From positions 9,846,275-9,910,274 of the forward strand of contig NC_134032.1 of the NCBI RefSeq assembly GCF_964204645.1: a stretch of 64,000 nt of DNA, written 5' to 3'. Of the stretch, positions 13,401 to 24,615 are shown piece by piece (positions within the stretch are counted from its first letter, which is position 1; every line of letters starts with the position of its first letter). The notes beneath the pieces are model-generated. The model had not been told where the DNA came from, searched no databases, and worked only from the letters and a program-made list of their open reading frames with translations. Position numbers and translations under genes: made by a program. The stretch comes from Tubulanus polymorphus. Lineage: Eukaryota > Animalia > Nemertea.

Positions 13401-16400
13401 GAAAAAATCTTTCCAGCTCGTCGAAGTCAACGATAAACCGAAGATCAAACTGAGCGAGGACGTTGAGAAGGTAACAATGCCCGGACGCAAAGACGCGTAT
13501 CGTCTGTACGGAGCAGACGGACATGCGCTCGTCGACCTTTTGATAAAACCCGGCGAAAACGTGCCGGTTAGCGGACAACGCGTTCTCTGCCGACATCCGT
13601 TCACCGTAAGTTCGAATTTGAAATGAATTCAGTTTTAATTCAGAGTTGAATATTGAGGAAAACATTCAATAAATTAAGCGCTTTAAGGAAAAATGGATTT
13701 AGAAAGGATGACACAATTTCTTGACAATGCATCCAACTTGCTCCCCCTCCCCCTTAAATTCTGGTTCTATCCGTTCAAGATATGTATTTCTTTTAGGAAT
13801 CAAAGCGAGCCTACGTGAATCCTGCGAAAGTCGAATGTCTGTACAAATGTTTCTGGAAGGATGGCAAGGTAGATTACATATCCTTACATTTCCACAATTT
13901 TCATAGACCAGTTTTAAACTTAGTTTATAGTTCAATTGAGTAAGCCTCGGTTTTGAGGTTTTGAGTAAAACAGGACCGCGGTGTTTAGGTTAAGACTGTT
14001 CTATGAAAAGGCAGCCTTGGAGGTTACTATTCCCTGCCTACTGCATTGTGACTGAGATGAATACATTCCGGTGTTTTTTTTCCACTATTTCGGCAGATTT
14101 GTGAGAAGTTACCGTCGCTATTGGAGATTCGCTCCCGAACAAAACACTCCCTGAATCATATACGACAAGACCACAAGAGGGCGCTGAACCCAACTCCTTA
14201 TAAGGTAGGTTGACATATAAACAAATCGATAGATAACATGTGCATGTGTCTATCATACTTTCTATCAATCTTTGCTTTTACATGATCATGTGGTACATGT
14301 TTAAACCACATGTAACATGTCACCTTTTAAGTTGATTTTTGCTTTTACTTGTTCATGTTCATCCTCTATGTACATCTGCTTTACATGCTCATTGCATTCA
14401 TGACTTAACCACATGTAACATGTCGCCGTTTATGTTGATCTTTGTTTTACATGTTCATCTTCATCCCTTATTTACGTCTGCTTTACATGCTCATTGAGAA
14501 CATGAACATGTAACATGTCACCCTTTATGTTAATCTTTGCTTTTCCGTTTTCACATTCATCCTTCATGTACATATGCTTTACATGCGCATTGTGTACATG
14601 TGTAACATGGCGACCTTCTTGTACATCTTGCTTTTATCAGCTCAATATGCTAGATCAGAAGTTCATAGTCTTCATGAACTTTTTGGCTATGTGTATAAAC
14701 CACATGAAATGGCGACTTTTATGTAGATCTTAACTTAGCTTTTGCACGCTCATGAAACTTTTGAAATCTCTCTGTGATGTCTATGGCAGACGGAGAAATC
14801 TAGTGCATTACCACCTGAGTGTACTTTATGAGTTCCATCTAGCCAATCATATTTCTTTTTTTTGTTGATCGGTGCCTTTTTGGAATGTTTGAATATTTCA
14901 GGTTTCGGTCAGTGCTTCCATGTACGATTTTATCCATAAAATGTGGCAGTCTTCAGCCCCGATCGCCGAGCTACGTTAAAACGGCGTCTGCGATGTCACT
15001 TTATTCCGTGCGTCTTTTATTTTCGTGTATTTTCCCTCCTGTAGCTATGCATAACCATTTGTTAAACCATTTGAATCTGAATATTAAAGCACGAATTACG
15101 TATTGATGATTTTTCTAATGATATCTAATTTTCGTTGATTTCACCCGTTTATCGCATCTTTCATCGTTCATTAACTCTTGACTCTGTGCCGGACCACATT
15201 CGAGACCCTTTGGCTTACAACTCTAATGAAATTTGAGTTGCCGCAATAAAATGAAGTAGAATGCATTGATATGATTGAAATTGCATTGATATGATTGAAA
15301 GAGCTTCCTGGGACTATTGACATTGCACGTTCGCAACATACCTATTGATTTTTGTATGATTTTTAACCACAGAAAAAGATGGCTGTCTCAATCAAATCTC
15401 AAAGGGAATCATCGAAGCAGCTACGTATCCTTTCTGGAACGATCTCTGCGAGTGGTCATTTGATGGTGTGTTACGAAAATTTATAAAGGCAGCCATCATT
15501 AGGGATGATTTCTTAACTCTTTCAGTGCTAACTTTTAAATACCCTTAAGTGCTAAGCTAATTAGATTCTACCTCTGTGTGCATGCCATTAAAATGTCTCT
15601 ACACTGTGATGCGGTGTATTGTTAGTTACTGATATTCAACTGTGTTTGACAGGTCCTGCCATCTTTCATTAGAGGTAAAACTAATTATCAACTGCATCTA
15701 TACACTGCTATGCATTGTATCAACTAAGAACGTCCATCACCTATTCACACACCACACTGCAGTGTAGATGCACTGAAAGGGTTAAGTGTCATCTTGGGAA
15801 TTATGAAGGCAGCCATCTTTTCTGAACGTGTCTCAAGAAAAGAGGGGCAATTTGATGATGACTGGGGGCTGTATGGATTCTTGGAAGCAGCCATCCTTAC
15901 AGGGTATTTGATTATGTCATTGGAGGCCTAAGGAGCTGCCATATTTAGGGGTGCACTCAGAGGTCCAGGCCCCTGCCTACCCATTAGGGTTGCTCTCTTT
16001 ATCAAGACTAAGATTATCAAAACCTGCAATCTTTTGGTACGAATTCCTTCAAAACTATCTAACACCAAAGGTGGGACCCCTTTAGTGCCCTATGACATGG
16101 CTGCTTCATCCAAGAAATGCCTCTCCTTTTCTTCTGGACCCCACTTCAATTTTCCTAGACCCACCTTTTATATATTCGAGAACGGACTGGCCTGGAAATC
16201 AGGGAAAAGTCGGCGAAATTTGTAAAAAAAAAAGAAGCCCAATATCTGGGATACATGTTGAGAATGCTGTATTGCACGTAAAGTCAAACAGTTTCCGTAT
16301 GTGTCTTGCGTATTTGACGACTGTGTTAATTGATTGGATTCTTAGTAGATCAAGTCAGGACAAAAGCAAGTCAATAAAAGTGGTCACCCTAAATAATCAA

Positions 16401-16528
16401 GTGCAATAAAGCACTCTCCTACTGATAATTTATGTTCATTTTTTTTTCAGGTTTCTGTCACCGATAAACTTTACAAATTTATGCATCACTTATGGCTGGA
16501 AAATGCGCCGATCGGAGAACTGTCTTGA
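4451..16528 (+). CDS. NAPRT: Nicotinate phosphoribosyltransferase, 13 coding exons, 545 aa (isoform with distal last exon)
   Basis: Exons 4451-4514, 5702-5872, 6554-6761, 7411-7541, 8590-8705, 10897-11090, 11712-11852, 12468-12552, 12908-12988, 13417-13605, 13797-13868, 14097-14204, 16451-16528. All introns are GT-AG, phases are consistent and there are no internal stops. Motifs: [99 protein letters not shown] at 16944. Confidence 0.96.
5903..6305 (+). repeat. Intronic degenerate minisatellite (~55-60 bp unit, aagtttgaaccaatcaggacactaat)
   Basis: About 8 copies of the motif in NAPRT intron 2. Confidence 0.75.
7775..8479. mobile_element. hAT-like MITE hosting a nested Harbinger-like MITE
   Basis: Termini CAGGAGCGGATCCAG...CTAGATCCGCCCCTG; TSD not clean. 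Confidence 0.55.
7837..8234. mobile_element. PIF/Harbinger-type MITE, 398 bp
   Basis: ~23-bp TIR GGCGCTTTTACGAAAYTGAATCT at both ends; TTA target-site duplication at 7834-7836 and 8235-8237. Confidence 0.85.
8955..9420 (+). repeat. Intronic degenerate minisatellite (gtggaactgactc..gagtcaaacct)
   Basis: More than 10 degenerate ~30-35 bp copies. Confidence 0.65.
10588..10727. mobile_element. 140-bp Harbinger-like MITE family, best-preserved copy
   Basis: TIR GGGGCCRGTTGCACAGTCATGRCTTA in a CTG/CAG context. Related copies at ~2063-2195, ~6300-6425 (inverted), ~10200-10560 (degenerate), ~19651-19790 and ~61242-61345 (inverted). Confidence 0.85.
11110..11605 (+). repeat. Intronic degenerate minisatellite (~20 bp, gagcagacagatgccttcta)
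   Basis: Repeated gcagacag core. Confidence 0.65.
11932..12364. mobile_element. piggyBac-like MITE
   Basis: 16-bp TIR CCCATTAGYACTCARG; flanks TTAA and TCAA. Confidence 0.6.
14230..14745 (+). repeat. Intronic degenerate repeat (catgtaacatgtcacc...ctttgcttttacatg)
   Basis: About 5 copies of a ~100-bp unit upstream of the proximal last exon. Confidence 0.65.
14902..14979 (+). CDS. NAPRT: NAPRT alternative (proximal) last exon, [25 protein letters not shown]
   Basis: TTTCAG acceptor, phase 0, same 78-nt length as and homologous to the distal last exon ([25 protein letters not shown]). Has its own AATAAA at 15245-15250. Confidence 0.85.
   Translation, partial: VSVSASMYDFIHKMWQSSAPIAELR
15517..15781. 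mobile_element. piggyBac-like MITE between the two NAPRT last exons
   Basis: TTAA|CTCTTTCAGTGC...GCACTGAAAGGG|TTAA; related inverted copy at ~18283-18465. Confidence 0.75.
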
Positions 16529-17793
16529 TGACGCCGTTGCTAACCAGCGAGTACCGCATCACCATGGCATGAACCATTCCAGAAGATGGTAAAATGTAGT
16601 TTCATATGTTTTCGAAAATATCAGTGTTGATAAGTTAGCACACAATTCTAATAATGGAAAAGAAAATGTTACCGAAATCTCAATTAACGTTCATCCAGAT
16701 CTGAGCAATATTATTGGACACTTAAAAGGCTGAATCCAAGAACATGTCTAGCCCACTTTTGAGTTCGATAATGTCTGCTTTTCATAATAGCTACTCAACT
16801 ATTTAAAATTTACCATTTTGAGATTCCTTTCACTTGTCCAAAAATTTTATGTGTTGCGAAGTCGAAACCTTTTTCGCCAGTAAAAACCGACCAATCGCTG
16901 TCATTCATTTGACTGATTTGAATGAAATGAACGCAAATTGTGGAATAAAAGCAAAATCATCACTAGAAAAAATTGTCCGTAAGGCTCAACAAAAATGATA
17001 CCTTGTTTCTCCTAATCGGCCGGGTCATTTTGTAAAATGCAATAGAATTTGTAATCAGTTCATTACTATAGCGGCCGGGTGTGATACGGTAACATTGATC
17101 ATGATTTTGTATAGGGCAGATATAAATATTGTATAGGGCAGATAGGCGGCCGACCGGGTCAACTTTGAAGCTCCGCACAAATGAGGAACGAGGTTTGAAT
17201 TTTTTTAAGCCTAAAATTTTCATCTGTGATTCTAAAATATCTCCGACTATATATAGGTGTATCGCATGTGTAAAATCTTCTAGAAAAATGGCTGCCCTAT
17301 AGATCTCCCTATGACATCATCAGGGTAGTCGCAACTTTTTGATGGTAGTAGAGTTCCTATATCTGAACGGCAATGTTAGCTCGAGCATTTTACCTATTCT
17401 TCCGAATAATGGTCACTAGATTTGAATAATCTGTAGATAATATTTATGCAAAAGTCGATAAACCGTGGATGTTATCGTACGTATTGTTAGGAATCTTTAG
17501 AATCTGTGCTGAATTACTGATAATCATGTTAAATTATTGTTGATTAAAATTACTCTGTTATGATAAGCATATGTATGTATTGGAAAATTCTGCATGTTAA
17601 ATGTAGTATAGGAAATGTTACAATGTGCATGTTATGTTCAATCAATGCATATGTAGGGACGTGCATGCGAAGGTATGTACATGTACATATGTCAGGACAT
17701 CACTTTACCGGCAATCTTTAGACAGTACATGTGTAGATACATGTTACATGTACATGTGTATGGACATAGCATGTTATATGTTATGTATGCATA

Positions 17794-18102
17794 AGCCGCG
17801 ATCTAACAAGCGTTTTTTGTCCGTGCCAAATTAGGCCTGGAAAACCCTTCACATGGGTGCCAAATGGGCCCAAAAACGTCTAACCAGGCCCGAGCTAAAT
17901 TTTAGCATGGGTCGAATCATTGCGTATGAATTGCAAGTGGCTCCGATAGTGGTTCACTTCGCTAAGTTTAAGCATTTTTTAGTATACTGTGAGTGGTTTA
18001 CATGTGAACCAATCTCTAATCAGGAATGTGCCAAAGTTGACTCAGTTGACTCGATGCATGCCAATTTGGCCCAAGCAAAATCGTCTCCCTGTGATCGCGG
18101 CT
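17794..18102. mobile_element. MITE-like element
   Basis: Terminal inverted AGCCGCGATC...GATCGCGGCT; related partial copy at ~58165-58225. Confidence 0.45.
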
Positions 18103-19961
18103 ATTTTTATTCTGATGGATATATTACATTTGTTAATGAGTAGTGCTAAATCTAATTATTGCTGACTATTTTACATGTATACAGTAACATTTGACATGTA
18201 CAAATTGTTTAATGAGCTAACCGTCCAATATTTATCTTCAAATGACACAAACCAGTAACGGGATGCACATGTTTCCTTAAAACCCTTTCAGTGCGTTTAC
18301 ACCAGGGTGCAGAGTACAAATCGGGGATGGACTTTGCTAGTACACCACATTGCGGTGTATTGATGTTATTAGTGATGAGTTATCTCTATTGAAAGATGGC
18401 AGCACCTGTCAAACAGTGGAATATTAGTGACTAATGATACACTGCGATTAGATGCACTGAAGCGGTATGCCCATTATTCATCACACTGGGCTGGAATCAT
18501 TAAACATTTCAAACTACTAGCACTTTCGGGTATTAATTTGTCAGGTTAAGTTTAACTTTAATACAACGTTCGCCTGGCGACGACACGGAAGACCCTAGAT
18601 ATGTATCTAAAGTGTAGCCTATGTAAAGCAGGGAGTCGCAAATGGGGACAGGCAATTTCTGAATTCATACGTACCAGTTAGTTCTTCCAGGGCTGTGTGA
18701 TCTATATACCGGTAACTAACGTGATAATTAACTTGAGTTAAAGAATAGCTTTAACAGTATCAACATGTATTCATACTGATTAGTATTAAACACTATCTAA
18801 AATCTAATTTTCAGGTGAATTGTGGCTTTTACTAAATCTTGTAGTCAAAAACATCAATATACCTCAAATATAATCAGAATTGGTGGCAAATCTTGCGGGC
18901 AGGATACTCGTAAATTGTGCCCTTATATTTTGACCTAGGCAGTTCTGCTATCTATTTTGCCTGGACCATTTTTTGCTAGCAAAATCTTATCAGTGCACCC
19001 AGTTCTACAATTTTTGGTTGAAACTTGACTCTAGGGTCAAAAAGATTTGGAAGTGAACTATACGAGTTAGGCTTAACCTATAAAACTGCGGAGCTGCCTC
19101 CGGTCCTGGCATTTTCTCTCAAACTTATAACGTACTTCTCAGGCAATTTTAGGCCCTTACCAAACACGCCTGGCCTAATTAGTTACCTAATCATCGGCGG
19201 TGGTGAGTTTTTATAATCGGATGGGCTTAGATATACCCGGTACCAACACGAAAATATCCGATTGTGAAACTAAACCGCAGACAGGTAACTGACTAACCTG
19301 CCGCCAGCCCAACATTACTTTATTCATGTTACTATTCTGTAGAATACGTAGTTATGCAAGTTTACAATGTGCTGATGAATTTTCACTGTGCGATTATAGA
19401 AGATGTACTAATATTATTATTTGAGGTGCTTCGTTTCCGATATAAAGATGTATTATTGTTTTAATTGTATATAAGGATTTAGATATTCTTTTCTCTTTTT
19501 AAAGATTCGATGTACGTAACTTGACTTATGCAATATGCGCAGTTGTGCGGGGGTTTGACTTGACGCTTGATAATATCTTGAAAGTAGAATAATCTGAATT
19601 CACTAGAGTTAACCTGATCGTTGGTGGTTAACTCAATTACCTAGTAATCTGGAGCCAGTTCCATAGTCAGGGTAGACTTAAGACCAGTCTAAGATTATCT
19701 TAGTTCTATGGTCAATCTAACAACATAAGACCAGTCTTAAAGTTTATGACCAATTTTTGGATGTAAGTCTCCACTATAGAACTTGCCCCGCTGGACCCAC
19801 TTTCACAGTTAAGATTTGACTCAAATTTCACAATTGTGGATTGATTTTCTTGAAAATTTAGTGTGAAATACTCAATAATAGGTGCCTACCAGGTAATACC
19901 TTAACCTTAGTACGGTTTGTCATGGATTAACTCTTACTCAAGACTGGAACTGCGGTTTGTT

Positions 19962-20142
19962 GAAGTGGTTCCAGGCTGCAGATTGTCTGGTGGGGTGGTT
20001 CCAGGCTGCAGATTGTCTGATAGGGTGGTTCCAGGCTGCAGATTGTTTGGTGGGGGGTTCCAGGCTGCAGATTGTCTGATGGGGTGGTTCCAGGCTGCTG
20101 ATTGTCTGATAGGGTGGTTCCAGGCTGCGGATTGTCTGATGG
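19962..20142. repeat. 29-30 bp minisatellite, 6 copies
   Basis: Unit ggggtggttccaggctgcagattgtctgat; explains the repetitive ORFs at 19917 and 19934. Confidence 0.95.
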
Positions 20143-20568
20143 AGTTTGTTACCAGTGATTGTAGTCCGTAGTGATTGTACCTAGCCGTCATTCTACAAAC
20201 AACCATTGTTGTAGGGAACCCGTCACATGCAACGACTGGTATTCAGACTACAGTGATTGATACTTGTATATTTAATTCTACTATGTAGGACCAACACTTA
20301 TTGTCTAATCTAGATAGAAAATTGAATGTAGAACTAAACTTGATATAATAAATAGAATAGACTCTGAAAAACAGTTTTCATATGTTCATTTGGTTCTATG
20401 GGTCATTGGAAAAGCCAGTTTCTGGTGCCAGATTTCAAGGCAAATCGGGTGTTTCTCTTCAGCCAGGTCACTTGATCACTGACCAGTTGAGGAAGCCTGT
20501 CGGTGGCTAGCCTGTAAGTGAACAATGAAGCCCTTCAGTTATTACGCAATGCCCAGATACCTGTACAG

Positions 20569-20800
20569 GGCCACCTTCGGTTATCGGAGTTAGTCGACTG
20601 TAGTCGAACTAAAAGAAACCGAATGTCCGTTAGTCGGAACTATAGTCCGGAAATGGTCGACCACGCAATTGAGCACGGTCGCTACAGTTCGAACCTAGGT
20701 TCAAGATGGCCGACACTGAAATACGTTACGACGGAACTATAGTGTGTTCGGTTATAAGTTCCGACCACTAGTCGACTAGCTACGAAAACCGAAGTTGGCC
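20569..20800. mobile_element. Harbinger-like MITE, 232 bp
   Basis: TIR GGCCAMCTTCGGTT with CAG TSD at 20566-20568 and 20801-20803; second copy at ~55914-56070. Confidence 0.8.
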
Positions 20801-20877
20801 CAGAACAGGACAGGTTTAACCCGTCTGCCATCTTCCGCGGAATATACGGATCCAATCAGATTTCAGTATTTCATCAC

Positions 20878-21120
20878 GTGAACGATGTAACATGGCCGTC
20901 TCCAGAGTGTCTCGATTTAAGTTCCATGGACCTCTTAAAAGTCGTAAACAATTTTTACATCAATGGAAGAAAGAAACTCGACGAAAACTATCAGGTAACT
21001 CTTCTGCGAGAACCTGTACTGCGTGTGGCCTCGAAGATATCGACATACAAGGCAGTTTGTCTCTGTTACCGCACCATCAAAATCTACCTTTCTAGAAGGA
21101 ACGGTCAATCGACAACAATA
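20878..21120 (+). mobile_element. Degenerate transposon-derived coding fragment, possibly Crypton/DUF3504-like
   Basis: DLLKVVNNFYINGRKKLDENYQVTLL resembles the L..F....RKKDG..Y...L motif of KCTD1/ZMYM-associated Crypton proteins (recalled, not searched). A diverged copy lies at 56071-56195. Confidence 0.35.
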
Positions 21121-21489
21121 CCGACGAACTTGAGATGGAAAAACCAATTTCTACTGACTGACTTACTGAACTGAACCAGCCATGCAGCAGAGGCCATGAC
21201 ACTGGCAATTTGTTTGTTCACTTAAGATGACTGATTAATTATGCTGAATGTGACACTAGATATTAGCAGTCAATTCAGTGTGGTGAAAATATTAGCCTAT
21301 ACGACAAGTAACTTCACTTACTTCACTTCAATGTCTTTTAAAACTTGTGAACAGTAAATGAATACTTATTTACAAATATTCTGTTGATTGTCTATTGTAG
21401 GTCATTGTGTGTGTTCTGATGTTGATTTTCTGAGATACAACTCAACAAAGGTTTTCTTAAGAATTAGAAGTTATACGTATTAAATTGAA

Positions 21490-24400
21490 TGAGCTCAAGA
21501 TGCACAGAATGGATTGTTGTTGTATCATGGTAAGTTTGAAAAACGGATGAAACATGAATTGAAAAGTCAATCCAGGTTTAATTGTTAGTATATGTATATC
21601 GGTTTAATTTCAGAAAGTGACCTCAATCACGAATCAAAGAGATTAACGAATCCAGCATTATTTAACCTTTAATATTTGCTTTAACCCGAACCCTATCACT
21701 TAACCTCTGTGTACTAACGGATCTGTTTGTATTTTTGATTTATCTGTAGGTGCGGCCCTTGTCGCACCTGTTTTCGAAGGATACGCCTCTTAATATTCTA
21801 ATGCCGTTTTTCTAAAAGTCGACGTCGATAAATTGACCGTAAGTCCAAGAGAGACGGGTTCGACCATACTTTAAGCGTCCAAAAAACCTGTCGTATTTTG
21901 CTTTAATGATTAATTCGTCGGTTTTTTAGGAAGTGATGAATCGTTACAATGTCACAGTGATGCTGACCTTCACCTTCTTCAAAAACAAGGTCACAGTCCA
22001 AACGAAACATCAAAAAGCATTATCAAGAGCCAGGAGAAAGTGATGAAACAGTCGAAGTTAAAGGCCATGTAAGTTTGTGAAATACAGTAGACTCTGTCTC
22101 TTACTGCAGTAACGTTGAGACTGGTAAAATTCTACCCCGAGTTGGTGTCAAATACTGAGTAAGAGTTCGTGAAATACAGTAGACTCAGTCTCTTACTGCG
22201 GTAACATTGAGACTGGTAAAATTCTACCCCGAGTTGGTGTCAAATACTGAGTAAGAGTTCGTGAAATCAGTTGACTCTGTCTCATTCCTCAGCTGTTAAC
22301 AGATTGGCTGATTATGAATATTTAAGATTAAACTCATGAATATTCAAACAGACCTCATAAATATTGAAATGAACCTCATGAATATTTACAGATATTACAG
22401 ATATCTAAGATGATACAGATGAACAGTTCGGAATGTTTAAAGGAATCAGACGATCACACGTTGAAACACGCTGTCTCTCCTAAAGGCGGATATTAGCAAT
22501 CGGGCTGCGACGAACAGTTGATAATTTCCCTCGAATTCTCACAACCTGTTAAACTACATTCGTTAAAGATGTACGCCCCAGACGGTACGAGACTCCAGCA
22601 TCCCTACGACTCCTTAATTCCTTTAAACATGGTCCCCATGTCTCTTTGATTCCTTCAAAACTCCTTTTAAACTGAAAAAGCTGTTAAAAGGTACTTGAAA
22701 CTCCTTCAATTTTGAGAAATGGGCAATTTTTGTAGTTGTACATTAGACTATGCCTAAATCTGTAAAGTTGGGACCAGGATTTTTCATCACCCAATTACTG
22801 GGTAGGCCAGATACTGAATTAGAAGCCAAGTTAAGGTTGTGCTGAGGATAAAACTTGCTTACAAAACACTGAATTAATGGTTTACTGAGATAAACAGTAC
22901 CCATTTATGAGGAATCGACAGTAATTGGGATTTGAAAGTGATGCAGACACTTCCTCACAATTTGAAAGTTTCAGCCTTAAAACTCCTTACATTCAAACTC
23001 AAATTATTCAACTGAATTTTTCAGACGGAACTGCACCGAAAACGATTAAACTTTTCACGAATCAACCGCAAACTTTAGACTTCGACTCGGCAGAGAGTTT
23101 GGAGGCAATTCAGAAAATACAGTAAGTTTTAAACGTTTGCCCCCTCCCCCAATCTCTCTCCCTGAGTCTCCCCATCTCTCTCTTCCTGAGTCTCTTTCAT
23201 CTTGTTTCTTTTTGATCGCAGATTGACCCCAGACGATGTAAAAGAAGGAACTTTAATGCCGCTACGATACGTCAAATTCCAAAATGTTTCCAGCGTTTCG
23301 GTAAGAATGAAAATCATTTCATATTTCAACAGTTAAAACAGTTACAGTTCAAATTCGAAAAAAAAATAGAAAAATTACAGCAGTTTCGAAAGAGTTTGGA
23401 AAAAAACTGCCAAATTCAATTTCTATAAGTCTTATTTAGTCGACTTTTGGAAGTTAAAGATTGATTCTCTAAGATTTTTTTAAAGATTGACTCTAGAAAA
23501 GGCTGATTTCAACACTATTTAGTTTTTCACCTGAAGCACAGTCTACTTGTCGTTAATTCAAATATTTTTGGGGATTTTTTGAGACATTGAGTTTTATTCG
23601 AGTTAATTATCTACGCATTATGTTAATTTTCCAGATATTCGTAAATGATAATCAAGGAGGTGAAGAGACGACCGTTATTAACTATTTAGGATTTATCGGT
23701 TCACCTGTGATGGCTACTAACATGTCCGACTTCAAACGAGTATGTTTCAAATGCCACGAAGGCGCCCGTCGAAAGATTGTTATTTTCGTCGATCGGCGTA
23801 GATCGATATTAAGATGTTATTTTCAAGATGATTTCGTTAGATGTTATTTCCATTGGTGAAGATCTTTATTTTCGCGTAATTTAGATAAATGAGGCTAACG
23901 TTGCCGACGGTGGATGCGGTTACTGCAGCAATGCAAATGATGATAACAATGATGATGATGATGATTATTTAACCGAGGAGGAAGAACCTGAATTTATTAA
24001 AACGCGTTTTCAAATGATTTTAATGAGGTTAAATATTGAATTTAGACAACCAAGTTTCTTAGGTCATTATTTCTTCCTGCCCTAGTAGAGAGTTTATAAA
24101 CAAATTTCCGAAAGGGTTGATTTATGAGGATTTCTGGTGGAGGTTAGGCTCCCCCTTCCTTCTCCATTCAGATTAGATATTTTTAAAATTTACATTTTTC
24201 TTATGGACACTTACGTTTTGTTAAATTTGGTGATTGTTTATTTCATGTATGTTTAGATATTTCAGTCACGGATTTATTTGGAATTTCAACCTGAATTGAG
24301 ACAATGAATTCTGAGATATTTTCACCATCTGTAGAACTCTGTTTACAGTGGAAGCTCGTTTTAACAATTTATCAGTTATAACAAAACTAGAATTTCATTC

Positions 24401-24615
24401 CAGATAAGACAATATCAATTATTTCCATACTTGATATAACGAATTATAACTAACAGATTTTCTGGTGCCGAAGTTCGTTGCAACGAGGTTCCGCTGTATA
24501 ATTATCTAAATTCAAAGAATGTTTTACAGACTTTTCGACATCAATAATTTAACAAATAAGAAAAACTTTCTTTTTATTTTTTCAGGTGGCGGGAAAGAAA
24601 GGCGAGAGTCATTGA
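21490..24615 (+). pseudogene. TXNL1: Unprocessed thioredoxin-like protein 1 (Trx + PITH) pseudogene
   Basis: Exons ~21490-21529 (degenerate, ends SW), 21750-21838, 21930-22068, 22392-22584, 23025-23121, 23222-23300, 23635-23739, 24586-24615. Motifs: WCGPC, AVFLKVDVD, CDEQL, PVKLHS, PLRYVKFQNV, ATNMSDFKRVAGKKGESH*. Lesions: frameshift deletion after CGPC, TAA at 21791, frameshift deletion near 22004, TAG at 22494. Confidence 0.9.
22075..22285. repeat. ~92-bp tandem duplication (about 2.3 copies) in a TXNL1 intron
   Basis: Near-identical gtgaaatacagtagactc...tactgagtaagagttc units. Confidence 0.9.

Noticed and set aside
11037-14268. Minus-strand ORFs overlapping NAPRT (11037, 12542, 13318, 13338, 13699, 14038)
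   Set aside because: Antisense shadows of NAPRT exons or intronic repeats, with no independent motifs.
21791-22496. Selenocysteine or readthrough rescue of the TXNL1 stops
   Set aside because: The stops are TAA and TAG, not TGA, and two frameshifting deletions are also present.
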